DNA of 64,000 bases from Candidatus Falkowbacteria bacterium (lineage in GTDB: Bacteria > Patescibacteriota > Patescibacteriia > Patescibacteriales > WJLG01): the NCBI GenBank assembly GCA_963747695.1, contig CAVVFV010000010.1, positions 164,451-228,450 of the forward strand, in the 5' to 3' direction. How positions within the stretch are numbered: the stretch's first letter is position 1; the number at the start of each line of letters is the position of its first letter. Below the pieces are notes generated by a model, which made no database searches, had not been told where the DNA came from, and saw only the letters and a program-made list of their open reading frames with translations. The position numbers were made by a program, and so were the translations under genes. Below are positions 54,983 through 64,000 of the stretch, in pieces.

Positions 54983-56469
54983 AAAGAGAAACAAGACCTA
55001 TTTTCCAGAAATTTTTCACGCGCTTCGCGAAGCGAAGCGTAAGGTTTAATGGGCACAAATTGAATTTTTTTATCTTTCAAAAACAGGTTCGAGCCGGAAA
55101 TTTTTACGGCTGAAGATTTTTTATCCAAAAGTGATGATGAAATGGCGTTTTCGCCTATATTTACTGCGTCTTTTATCCATTCCCGCATCGGTTCGAGCCA
55201 AACTATAGACCCTCTCTTAAAATCGACGATTTTCTCCTCCAGCGACTTCTTGCGAGAGAGAAGACTCGCCTTCTCCGTGAGGTATGCCTCGCGCTCTATG
55301 TCTTGGTCTAAATATGCGGTAAGAAGGCGCTGGAGCTTCGCCTCGATAGCTATAACTTCTTCTCTCATCTCATGACTTACAGTTGCTGATAATTGGGCGG
55401 CCTCTTTTGCATCTTTGTCGGTCATTTTCAAGAGTTCTGCCGCCCAATCGGAAGGCATAGCATATTCTTTTAGGACATCAGTCAATTGCGCGATCAATTC
55501 CTTGTCTTTCATGTACGGTTGTGAGCAAGCCCCTTTCTTTTTGGTGCAGTGATAGTAAGTATATTCATGGGTCTTGCCGGATACCTGCCTTTTTATCTTA
55601 TGCTCAGCCGTAATGGAACAGCCGCACTCGCCGCACCTAAATAGCCCGCATAGCGGCTGAGGTTCGTTTTTAATCTTGTCGTGCGGTTTGCCGCGATCGG
55701 CAATCACAGCCTGCACGCGGTCAAATAATTTTTTGGAAATGATTGACTCGTGTGTGCCTTCGTAGACTTCGCCGGCATATTGGAACAGGCCGCAATAAAA
55801 AATGTCGGATAATATGCGCGATATTCTGTCCCGCTTGAATATGCTTCCGGTGTCGGCGCGCACGCCTTTCTCCGCGAAGAACGCGGAGATATCTTCAAGC
55901 CGCGAGTTGCCCTTGGCGTAAAGTTCAAAGGCGGCAATCACCACCTTCGCCGTTTTTCTCTCCACGATAATGCGTTTCGTCCGAACGTCGTTCAAGTATC
56001 CGAGCGGGGCGCGCGAAGGATATTCGCCTCTCTTAACTTTTTCGTGTAGTCCGCGTTTAGTGTTAGTGCTCAAGTCGATGATGAACTGGTTAGCCATGCC
56101 AAACTCCATGCTCATAACCAGCGTGTTGTCGGTCGAGCGATAGCTCCGGTCATGGGTTTGGATATGTTGGATAGTTCCCCGCTGTAAAAACCAGCTGATT
56201 TGTCCGCCGTCGATCGGATTGCGGGCGAGACGATCAAGTTTCCAGCAAACAATGCCTTGCGCCTCGCCTTTTTCAAGGCGCGAAAGCATCTCGCCAAATA
56301 CAGGGCGTCCAGGTCTCTTGGCTGATTGTTTTTCGATAAACTCCTCAACGATATTCAACCCTTCGGTCTTGGCCAGCGCCCGCAAGACGGCCAGCTGATC
56401 GTCAATAGAACGGACTTGCTTGTCTTCAACGTCAGTCGATTTGCGGGCGTAGAGGAAATAATTTGGCAT
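54952..56469 (-). CDS. large serine recombinase (resolvase/invertase N-terminal domain + recombinase domain + zinc-ribbon + coiled-coil)
   Basis: ...FLYARKSTDVEDKQVRSIDDQLAVLRAL (catalytic Ser region), ...GIVCWKLDRLARN, recombinase-domain motifs, CGECGCSITAEHK...YYHCTKK zinc ribbon. C-terminal 58 aa are encoded by IR-L and the last 9 aa by the tRNA-Gly 3' end. Confidence 0.85.
   Translation of the reverse strand: MPNYFLYARKSTDVEDKQVRSIDDQLAVLRALAKTEGLNIVEEFIEKQSAKRPGRPVFGEMLSRLEKGEAQGIVCWKLDRLARNPIDGGQISWFLQRGTIQHIQTHDRSYRSTDNTLVMSMEFGMANQFIIDLSTNTKRGLHEKVKRGEYPSRAPLGYLNDVRTKRIIVERKTAKVVIAAFELYAKGNSRLEDISAFFAEKGVRADTGSIFKRDRISRILSDIFYCGLFQYAGEVYEGTHESIISKKLFDRVQAVIADRGKPHDKIKNEPQPLCGLFRCGECGCSITAEHKIKRQVSGKTHEYTYYHCTKKKGACSQPYMKDKELIAQLTDVLKEYAMPSDWAAELLKMTDKDAKEAAQLSATVSHEMREEVIAIEAKLQRLLTAYLDQDIEREAYLTEKASLLSRKKSLEEKIVDFKRGSIVWLEPMREWIKDAVNIGENAISSSLLDKKSSAVKISGSNLFLKDKKIQFVPIKPYASLREAREKFLENRSCFSLERVRGVEPL
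54978..55152. repeat. IR-L: 175-bp perfect inverted repeat (partner at 56921-57094). Starts within the last 5 nt of tRNA-Gly.
   Basis: Verified by reverse-complementing block by block. Every 10-mer matched. Confidence 0.95.
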
Positions 56470-56571
56470 AAATTTTATATTTCAATATTTTTTAGAAGTG
56501 TTATAATATCTACACAACGATGACACATTTCCATTATAACGCTATTATGAAAAATAGTAAATAACTACTAT

Positions 56572-56778
56572 ATGCCAAAGGGGTCAATTATTTCCGGGAA
56601 TATAAAAAAATACCGAGCCAAACTCGGTATTTCTCAAGACAAGCTGTCGAAAATGTCCGGTGTCGATTACAACACGATCATTAAAATTGAATCGGGCGTG
56701 ACTTACAACCCGCGGGTTGAAACATTGAAGAATATTGCCGATGTTTTTAAAGTCGGCATTGATGATTTGATGAGATAA
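56572..56778 (+). CDS. XRE-family helix-turn-helix transcriptional regulator
   Basis: ...IKKYRAKLGISQDKLSKMSGVDYNTIIKIESGVTYNPRVETLKNIADVFKVGIDDL. Divergent from the recombinase gene. Confidence 0.8.
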   Translation: MPKGSIISGNIKKYRAKLGISQDKLSKMSGVDYNTIIKIESGVTYNPRVETLKNIADVFKVGIDDLMR

Positions 56779-56920
56779 AAATATGCAGACGGATAAAGAA
56801 ACAAATAAAATTTATAAAGTCTTTGAAATAATTTTGGCGGTTGGGAGTTCGCCGTTTTCTCAACTCGGCGAAGATGCATAATGCGCGCACGGGATGGGCG
56901 GGGCAAGCATTATACAATTT

Positions 56921-57094
56921 GAAAACGCCATTTCATCATCACTTTTGGATAAAAAATCTTCAGCCGTAAAAATTTCCGGCTCGAACCTGTTTTTGAAAGA
57001 TAAAAAAATTCAATTTGTGCCCATTAAACCTTACGCTTCGCTTCGCGAAGCGCGTGAAAAATTTCTGGAAAATAGGTCTTGTTTCTCTTTGGAG
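56921..57094. repeat. IR-R: inverted partner of IR-L. Encodes an alternative recombinase C-terminus on the plus strand.
   Basis: Tracker ORF 56894..57139 reproduces ENAISSSLLDKKSSAVKISGSNLFLKDKKIQFVPIKPYASLREAREKFLENRSCFSLE then continues TLRNEIRTIYTQIS. Confidence 0.95.
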
Positions 57095-57257
57095 ACGCTA
57101 AGAAACGAAATCCGAACAATTTATACCCAAATTTCTTGACGCTTTCGCCACCTGTTCAACCCCTTATCTACCCCGTTTGTTAGAACTCATCTTGGCCAAA
57201 ACGGCGGCGATTTACCGTTTCCTCTGGCAACTATTGAAGCTAACCAATAATAAAGAA

Positions 57258-57285
57258 AAAAACAGGCTCCTACCTGTTTTTTCTT
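57258..57285 (+). terminator. hairpin with T-run (aaaaaaacaggctcctacctgtttttt)
   Basis: Seen in sequence ~120 nt right of IR-R. Confidence 0.5.
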
Positions 57286-57724
57286 TTATTGATTGGGGTT
57301 GGGAAAAGTTTAAATCAAATTATCGAAAAAAGTGGGCGTTATGCTTTTTTTTGTTTTCCCAAAAACAAAAGCCTCATCGATGGTGGAAACAAGAATTGAC
57401 AAATACCAATAGGTCTTCTTTCAAGAAACTGCGGACGAACTTTGTTCGCCGGCAATTTCTTGAAAGAAAGTTGCCGCCTGGCGATAGAAAAGAAATTCCT
57501 CGCTACTGTCGGGCGGACAAATTTGCCCTTAAGACTCCTCACCGGGAAACCGCGGCTCCCCGAAATATCGGAATCAATAGAAAAATAATAGTCAAAATCT
57601 TGTTAGTTATCAATGAAGCTTTCTGATTATATTGTAGCAAAAAATTGCCGGTTAATAAATACCAAACCTGACACTAACTTAAGCCAAAATATCCGGCTTG
57701 CCAAAATAAAATTTTGCCCCTATA

Positions 57725-59251
57725 ATGAAACTAAAGCTTAAAAAATTTCGTAAATACCTCATGGATGAACTAAAAAAAGATATTATCGAACCGGCGGTCG
57801 AACCTTCGGCACCGCAAATTAGAAAAACCAAAGCCGGCGGCAGGAAATTATTTTACCAGATTTCCTTTTCCGCGGTTATTTTTTTTGTTGTCGTTTTCCT
57901 GCTTTTTTCCTTCCGCGGGCCGATCTCCGATCAGACCAATTCGATCATCGACAAAATTCCGATCTTCGGCCAGCTTCGGCATCTGGTCAACAGTTCCGAT
58001 CGCCTGCTCAAAGACGAACAGACCGGCCGGATAAATATCCTGCTCTTGGGCATCGGCGGCAAAAATCATGACGGCCCGTATCTGACCGACACGATCATGC
58101 TGGCTTCGCTTGATGTCAAAGATAAAAAAATCGCTTTGCTTTCGATTCCGCGCGATCTTTCCATCCCGGTGGAAAATACCACCGATTGGACGAAAATAAA
58201 TGACATCGACGCTTTCGCCGAAGCCAAAACCCCCGGCTCGGGCGGAGTGGCCGCTTCCGAAGCGGTGGCCGATATCTTGGGCGTGCCGGTCGATTATTAT
58301 GTCCGGGTCGATTTTGACGGTTTCAAGAATGTCATCGATAAGATCGGCGGCATTGACGTTAACGTCGAAAATACCTTGGATGATTACAGCTACCCGGTCG
58401 ACGGTCAGGAAGACAATCCCGATTACAATGCCCGCTATATGCATTTGCACGTCGATAAAGGTTTGCAGCATATGGATGGCACCCTGGCTTTGGAATTTGC
58501 CCGGTCGCGCCACGGCGCCGGAGCCGAAGGTTCGGATTTCGCCCGCGCCCGCCGCCAACAGCTGGTTTTACAGGCAGTCAAAACCAAACTCTTGTCGGTC
58601 AACGTCTTGCTCAATCCGGTTCTGGTCACGCAAATCATCAGCGAACTGACCGATCACATCAGCACCAATCTGCAAGTCTGGGAAATCGTCAAGGCCTGGA
58701 CAATGTTCAAGGATGTCAACCAGAGCGATATCATCACCAAAGTGCTGGATAACAGCGCCGGCGGATTGCTTTATCAAACGATCAACGCTCAAGGCGCTTA
58801 TGTTCTACTTCCGAATAACGGCGACTTTTCCGCCATTCAATATTTAGCGCAAAATATTTTCAGCCAGCCGCCGACGCAAACCAAAGACGACGTAGCTACG
58901 GAAAGCGCTTCGGTTGAAATTTTGAACGGCACCTGGATCAATGGACTCGCCAACAAGAGCGCGACCGATTTGGAAAAATATGACTTTAAAGTGATTGCGG
59001 TCGCCAATTCCAGCCGGCAAAATTTTACCACTTCGGTGATCTATGATCTGACCATGGGACAAAAAATCGATGCCTTGGCCGTCCTCAAAGAAAAAACCGG
59101 CGCCACCGTCACTTTTGATCTGCCCGATTGGCTTAAGGCCGATCTCTCCGCCGAGCTGACTAAAAATCCCGGCGAGGAAAAACCCGACTTCGTCCTGGTG
59201 CTCGGTCAAGACGCGGACAAAACTAACTCGGGAACAGCCAACACACAATAA
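57725..59251 (+). CDS. LytR-CpsA-Psr (LCP) family cell-envelope phosphotransferase
   Basis: N-terminal TM, ...INILLLGIGGKNHDGPYLTDTIMLASLDVKDKKIALLSIPRDL...VDYYVRVDFDGFKNVIDKIGGIDV... LCP domain, C-terminal LytR_C-like region. Confidence 0.85.
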   Translation: MKLKLKKFRKYLMDELKKDIIEPAVEPSAPQIRKTKAGGRKLFYQISFSAVIFFVVVFLLFSFRGPISDQTNSIIDKIPIFGQLRHLVNSSDRLLKDEQTGRINILLLGIGGKNHDGPYLTDTIMLASLDVKDKKIALLSIPRDLSIPVENTTDWTKINDIDAFAEAKTPGSGGVAASEAVADILGVPVDYYVRVDFDGFKNVIDKIGGIDVNVENTLDDYSYPVDGQEDNPDYNARYMHLHVDKGLQHMDGTLALEFARSRHGAGAEGSDFARARRQQLVLQAVKTKLLSVNVLLNPVLVTQIISELTDHISTNLQVWEIVKAWTMFKDVNQSDIITKVLDNSAGGLLYQTINAQGAYVLLPNNGDFSAIQYLAQNIFSQPPTQTKDDVATESASVEILNGTWINGLANKSATDLEKYDFKVIAVANSSRQNFTTSVIYDLTMGQKIDALAVLKEKTGATVTFDLPDWLKADLSAELTKNPGEEKPDFVLVLGQDADKTNSGTANTQ

Positions 59252-59281
59252 ATTAAAAATGAAAAGTTAAAAGTTAAAAAT

Positions 59282-59305
59282 AGGGATTAATTATCCCTTT
59301 TTTTG
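59282..59305 (+). terminator. rho-independent terminator
   Basis: agggat-taatt-atccct followed by ttttttt. Confidence 0.75.
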
Positions 59306-59401
59306 TCTATAAATTTTAAAAATATTTATAATTTTTAACTTTTAATTTTTAATTGTCCCGTCTCTTGCTACATCCAACTTTCTACTCTATACTCTAAATA
59401 T

Positions 59402-60898
59402 ATGCCTAAAACTAAGAAAAAAATGCCTCTGGTCGTCATCTTCGGCCGGACCAATGTCGGTAAATCCACGCTTTTCAATACTTTGGTGGAAAAACACCAG
59501 GCGATCGTCTCCGATATCGCCGGCACGACCCGCGACAGCAACGTCAACATCGTCCGCTGGGGCGGTTTTGCTTTTGAACTGATTGACACCGGCGGCATCA
59601 TCAACCCCGACCAGGACACGCTTTTCAAAAAATCCAAGGGTGGCCAGGAAATTAAAACCGAAGATGAAATAAATATCAAAGTGCAAAAACAAGCGGTGCA
59701 ATATTTAAAGCTGGCCGACCTGGTGCTATTTGTGGTTGATAACAAAACCGGAATATTGCCGGCTGACCGGCAGATGATCAACGTCTTGCGAAAAAATTTG
59801 ACCGGCGCGATCGAGGACAAAATATTATTGGTTGCCAATAAAGTCGATTCGCAGGCGCAGCAAGCCGATGCGGCCGAATTCAACCGGCTCGGCTTGGGCG
59901 AACCGTTTATGATTTCCGCGGTAACCGGTTCGGGCACCGGCGATCTTCTGGATCTGATCGCTAAATTTCTGAAGAAAAGAAAATTATCAGTCAAAGAAAA
60001 AACCGAGGAAGAAGAAAAAATTTCCGTCTGCATGCTCGGCAAACCGAACGTCGGCAAATCATCTTTGTTGAATTCTCTTTTAGGCTATGAAAAAGTGATC
60101 GTCTCGCCCATCCCGCACACGACTCGCGAACCGCAGAACACCGAATTGGAATATCTGGGTAAAAAAATAATCCTGATCGATACGGCCGGAATTTCCCAGC
60201 ACGCTCATCAGGCCGAAGGTTTGGAAAAATACGGCGTGGAAAAATCTCTGGCAACATTGCGCCGCTCGGATATCGTCTTGCTCGTTTTGGATATTAATGA
60301 AGTTCTGACTCATCAAGACGCGAAGTTAGTTGAGGAGATCGTCGAAGCCGGAAATAGTTTGATCATCATTGCCAATAAATGGGATTTGGTCCATCCCCGG
60401 GATACCAAAAAATATACCGCGATCATCCGTGATCATTTTCCTTTTGCCGATTGGGCGCCGATCCAGTTCGTTTCCGCCAAGACCGGAGAAAAAGTGCAAA
60501 AAATATTCGATCTGATCATCGAATTGGAAGCGGCCAGAAAAATCCAGCTTTCCGCTTCGCAATTAGCCCATTTCCTGTCCAAGATCGTCAAAATCCATCG
60601 TCCGGCCAAAGGCAAGGGAACCCGGCCGCCGCATATTTACGAACTCAAGCAGGAAGGCGTTGATCCGCCGGTTTTCGAAGTCCGCATCGGCCCCGACGAC
60701 AATCTGCATTTTTCTTATACCCGTTTCATCATCAATAAGCTGCGCGAACGGTTCGGCTTCAACGGCGTACCAATCAAAATTTACGTGGCGAATAAGCCGA
60801 AAGTTCACGGTCAGATGGGCTTGCCCGGCCGCAAACGCGCCATCCCCGGCCGCCCGCCGGCAATACCTCGGCGTTATCGCGCCGCAAGAAGAAAGTAA
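59402..60898 (+). CDS. der: ribosome-biogenesis GTPase Der (EngA), tandem GTPase domains + KH-like domain, basic C-terminal extension
   Basis: GRTNVGKSTLFN / DTGG and second GKPNVGKSSLLN / DTAG G-domains. C-terminal tail ...GRKRAIPGRPPAIPRRYRAARRK. Confidence 0.9.
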   Translation: MPKTKKKMPLVVIFGRTNVGKSTLFNTLVEKHQAIVSDIAGTTRDSNVNIVRWGGFAFELIDTGGIINPDQDTLFKKSKGGQEIKTEDEINIKVQKQAVQYLKLADLVLFVVDNKTGILPADRQMINVLRKNLTGAIEDKILLVANKVDSQAQQADAAEFNRLGLGEPFMISAVTGSGTGDLLDLIAKFLKKRKLSVKEKTEEEEKISVCMLGKPNVGKSSLLNSLLGYEKVIVSPIPHTTREPQNTELEYLGKKIILIDTAGISQHAHQAEGLEKYGVEKSLATLRRSDIVLLVLDINEVLTHQDAKLVEEIVEAGNSLIIIANKWDLVHPRDTKKYTAIIRDHFPFADWAPIQFVSAKTGEKVQKIFDLIIELEAARKIQLSASQLAHFLSKIVKIHRPAKGKGTRPPHIYELKQEGVDPPVFEVRIGPDDNLHFSYTRFIINKLRERFGFNGVPIKIYVANKPKVHGQMGLPGRKRAIPGRPPAIPRRYRAARRK

Positions 60899-60993
60899 TG
60901 AAAAATGAAAAAGTCAAAATGTAAAATTATTGAGTCCGCCACTGGCGGACGAAATTCATTAATTTTTCATTTTGAGATTTACATTTTAAATTT

Positions 60994-61533
60994 ATGAAGA
61001 TCATCGTCGGCCTGGGAAATCCGGGCCAAGAATTCGAAAACACCAGGCACAATGCCGGCTTTATGCTGGTTGATAAGCTGGCGCACGATGCCGGTGCCAC
61101 TTGGAAATTCAACAAACACTTTAAAGCTGAACTGGCTGAAAGCCGCGGCGTTTTTTTCGTCAAACCGCAAACTTTCATGAACGATTCAGGCGTCGCGGTC
61201 ACCGCCGTATTATCTTATTACAAATTATTGCCCAAAACTCTGGGAATCTTAAAAGCCAAAGGCGCCGACCTTTCCCAAATTCTAACCGTCATCCATGATG
61301 ACCTGGACATTCCGTTCGGCACTTATAAAGTTTCCGTCAATTCCCGCTCGGCCGGCCACAAAGGCGTGCAATCAATCATTAATCACCTTAAGACAAAAAA
61401 TTTCCGCCGCATCCGCCTCGGTATCAAAACTCCCAATCGCGGCCAAATCCCGGCCGACAAATTTGTGCTGATGAAATTCAACGCGGACGAAAAAGAAAAA
61501 CTCAATGCCTTGATTAAGACTATTAAAATTTAA
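60994..61533 (+). CDS. pth: peptidyl-tRNA hydrolase
   Basis: MKIIVGLGNPGQEFENTRHNAGFMLVDKLA...HDDLD... Confidence 0.9.
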   Translation: MKIIVGLGNPGQEFENTRHNAGFMLVDKLAHDAGATWKFNKHFKAELAESRGVFFVKPQTFMNDSGVAVTAVLSYYKLLPKTLGILKAKGADLSQILTVIHDDLDIPFGTYKVSVNSRSAGHKGVQSIINHLKTKNFRRIRLGIKTPNRGQIPADKFVLMKFNADEKEKLNALIKTIKI

Positions 61534-61534
61534 T

Positions 61535-61927
61535 ATGAAGAATTTTAACGGCGTAATAATCGAGGAGAGTCTCGAGGATAAGGATGTTTTGAAAAAAATA
61601 AATATTCTAAAAACTAAGATTGAACAAGTTACCGAGAAACATAAAACTCCCTGGATTAAACAATGGACCTTACATACGGTTGAAGTGTCAGAAAACCGGG
61701 CTGGCGATGTCGCAGAGGAAATTAGTAAATCTCTGGATTCTAAACATAATTGGTACGCTGACTTCAAAAACAATTCTTATCACTATATAATCTTTCACGG
61801 TAAAGTTTTTTTCATCGACAGAAAAAGCAGAGAACAATACGACAAAGCTAAAAAATACGGGATCTCTTTGGGCATTCCCGAATATCAGGTGGACTTCCAC
61901 CCAAACATTAAAGAATGGGAGAGATAA
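61535..61927 (+). CDS. hypothetical protein (130 aa)
   Basis: ORF directly abutting the pth stop. No motif recognised. Confidence 0.45.
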   Translation: MKNFNGVIIEESLEDKDVLKKINILKTKIEQVTEKHKTPWIKQWTLHTVEVSENRAGDVAEEISKSLDSKHNWYADFKNNSYHYIIFHGKVFFIDRKSREQYDKAKKYGISLGIPEYQVDFHPNIKEWER

Positions 61928-61944
61928 ATTAAAACAAAACAACA

Positions 61945-62172
61945 TTGCTGCGCGCATTGGAAAATTTTGGATAAGACGCGCAGCGTATCACCGCCGCTGG
62001 CGGGACAGGGAAACCGTGCAAAATTGCGTTGCTTGAGGAGGCGCCGCGCCGACGAGGTTAGCAATTTTGCTAGGTTTCATAGCGGAGCGTCCCAAAATTT
62101 GTCCAGCTCGCAGTTTTCTTGCCCCGTCATTTTTGCGGGGTTGCGCCACTTTTTCTAAAAAAGTGGCAAAAT
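61945..62172 (+). ncRNA. conserved structured non-coding element, copy 2 (homolog of 34395-34640). Ends in a hairpin just upstream of the Nudix start codon.
   Basis: Block-wise conservation with copy 1 (see that entry). Terminal palindrome gcgccactttttctaaaaaagtggc. Confidence 0.5.
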
Positions 62173-62178
62173 AATTCT

Positions 62179-62574
62179 ATGGTGCGAAACGTAGCCGTAA
62201 TAATTCTCTTCGACGAAGATAAAAAAATATTGCTTCAGCACCGCGCCGATAACGCCTTGAGACTTCCGGGCTATTGGGCATTTTTTGGTGGCGGAATTGA
62301 GCCGGGCGAGACCCCCGAACAGACGGTGAGACGGGAGTCTTTGGAAGAATTAAATTACCCGCTTACCAATCCCAAATTAATAATGAAACAGAATTTTATC
62401 TCGCACGGCGACGATAATGAAAAATATGTTTTTATGGAAGAATATGATCCCAATAAAAAAATCGCTTTGGGCGAGGGACAAGGTTTAGGCTGGTATCATC
62501 TTGCGGAAGCCAGCAAATTAAAAATCTTTGGCCACGATCTTGATGTTCTTGAATATATCGCGGACAAATACTAA
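62179..62574 (+). CDS. NUDIX hydrolase
   Basis: Nudix box GGGIEPGETPEQTVRRESLEELN. Start trimmed to MVRNVAVIILFDED because the upstream part of the ORF is the structured element. Confidence 0.8.
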   Translation: MVRNVAVIILFDEDKKILLQHRADNALRLPGYWAFFGGGIEPGETPEQTVRRESLEELNYPLTNPKLIMKQNFISHGDDNEKYVFMEEYDPNKKIALGEGQGLGWYHLAEASKLKIFGHDLDVLEYIADKY

Positions 62575-62654
62575 ATAAATAAAGTTTACCACATCGCAGT
62601 GCCCGGCGCGGGACTGCGGCGAAACCAACGTTGGCAGCAGCCCGCGGCGAGACT

Positions 62655-62676
62655 GCTGCATGGCTATCAAAAAACC
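62655..62676 (+). terminator. rho-independent terminator (ccggcc-tcaa-gccgg + tttttattt)
   Basis: Seen in sequence. Preceded by two GC-rich hairpins (62590-62650). Confidence 0.65.
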
Positions 62677-63185
62677 GGCCTCAAGCCGGATTTTTATTTA
62701 CAAAAAATATTTTTAATTTTTAACTTTTAATTGATCAGTTCTGACGCACAAAATTCTGCTTAAAAGCAAGGTTGCCCTTTTTAAAACCGAGCCGAATCAA
62801 GGAGGGGCGATTCAACAAGGTTACTTTCAAGCAGAATACTAGGCGCCAGAGCCCCTCCAGGCTGACGTGAATTTATGATACAATGGATAGCGTTCGCTTT
62901 GCCGCTTGCTTTACGGCAGATGAATGAACAAGGAGGAATGCATCCAGCAACCGATAAAACAGGCAGCAAACCAAACGCTAAACAAATTGAGGGGGAAACC
63001 CTTGATAGGGTTTTCCCCTCAAGACTCCCCTTTCCAAAGTGCTCGGGTCGCGGAATGAATCCGCCGACCCTCGCGGTTTTTTTATCTATAAACCTCTTAA
63101 GTGTTGTTTAATATTATCACAGTAAAAAATCCCGTCAAGGGGAAAATATCTATCGTTAAATTAGATTAAATATTAGCCAAAAATA

Positions 63186-64000
63186 TGGAGGGGAACGATA
63201 AAAATTATCTGATCGCTTTGACTTATTTCCGCAAGTTCGGACCGGTCAGTTTGAAAAAATTAAAAAATTATTTTCCCGACTGGAAAAATACCTTTTATGC
63301 GTCGGCCGAGGAAATAGCGCGCGCGGGAATCGATGAAAAAATCGCGAATGAATTCACTGCGGCAAGAATAAATATAGTCCCTGAAAAAATTTCCGCCTAT
63401 TTGACACGTGAAAATATCCAAACTGTTTCGTTGGCAGAAGACGACTACCCGGCCTTGCTCAAGGAAATATTTTATCCGCCGTTTCTCTTGTTTTATCGCG
63501 GTAAGCTCGCCGTTAACGGCTTGAAAACCTTGGCCGTGGTCGGGGCGCGCAAATGCACCTATTACGGCCAGCAAGCGATTGAAAAATTGATTCCGCCGCT
63601 CGTCGAAGCGCGGATTTTAATTATCAGCGGCTTGGCGATCGGCATCGATTCGCTTTCGCAGCAAGCCACGGTCAAGTCCGGCGGCCGGACGATCGCCGTT
63701 CTCGGCTCCGGCATCGACCGGGCAAGCATTTATCCGGCACAGAATCTGGAACTCTCAGAACAGATTATCGCCCAAGGCGGAGCCATCGTTTCCGAATTTC
63801 CGCCCGGCACGCCGCCCCTAAGGCAAAATTTCCCGCAGCGCAACCGGATCATCGCCGGCCTGGCCCAGGCGACGCTGGTCGTCGAGGCCAATCAGAAGTC
63901 CGGATCATTGATCACGGCCCGCTTCGCGCTGGAAGAAGGGCGAGAGGTGATGGCGGTGCCGGGAAATATTTTTTCGCCGGCATCCGAAGGACCGAATAAT
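63186..64000 (+). CDS. dprA: DNA-processing protein DprA/Smf (3'-truncated by window end)
   Basis: Own translation: MEGNDKNYLIALTYFRKFGPVSLKKL...LAVVGARKCTYYGQQAIEKLIPPLVEARILIISGLAIGIDS...TIAVLGSGIDRASIYPAQNLEL...IVSEFPPGTPPLRQNFPQRNRIIAGLAQATLVVEANQKSGSLITARFALEEGREVMAVPGNIFSP. Not in the ORF track because no stop falls inside the window. Confidence 0.85.

Noticed and set aside
57177-57626. 149-aa plus-strand ORF right of IR-R
   Set aside because: R/K/W/F-rich, low-complexity, no RBS. The region contains hairpins/terminator and is more likely non-coding.
62875-63111. 78-aa ORF in the hairpin-dense region upstream of dprA
   Set aside because: No RBS. Overlaps long perfect hairpins. More consistent with structured non-coding sequence.

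Overview
Mostly minus-strand coding window with housekeeping content. Genes recognised: ftsH (partial), rpsA, queA, ruvB, a UvrD-helicase/nuclease fusion, short uvrC, a GldA/F/G-like ABC cluster with DUF4340, an hrcA-grpE-hsp20-dnaK-dnaJ heat-shock region with a CIRCE operator, ppsA, tsaD, Fe/Mn SOD, rubrerythrin, archaeal-type PGI/PMI, lgt, an LCP protein, der, pth, a Nudix hydrolase and dprA (partial), plus three tRNAs (Leu-TAG, Glu-TTC, Gly-TCC). The gene content suggests a small-genome CPR/Patescibacteria-like bacterium (inference). Main points of interest: (1) downstream of tRNA-Glu, a tandemly duplicated ~2 kb cassette (CHAP-domain lipoprotein plus membrane-anchored partner), each copy bordered by a near-identical 214-bp GC-rich structured element that ends in a 17-bp copy of the tRNA 3' end. 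(2) A large serine recombinase plus XRE regulator bounded by perfect 175-bp inverted repeats that abut tRNA-Gly and would give the recombinase an alternative C-terminus on inversion. (3) Several families of short palindromic repeat elements, some inserted in frame inside queA, the helicase and tsaD. (4) A duplicated ~225-nt conserved non-coding element (34.4 kb and 61.9 kb). (5) A membrane-protein/SPFH/VirB2-like pilin cluster, and a cluster of single-base frameshifts (tyrS, pilin, one large hypothetical). No CRISPR array or rRNA is present. Features listed are those I could support from the sequence.
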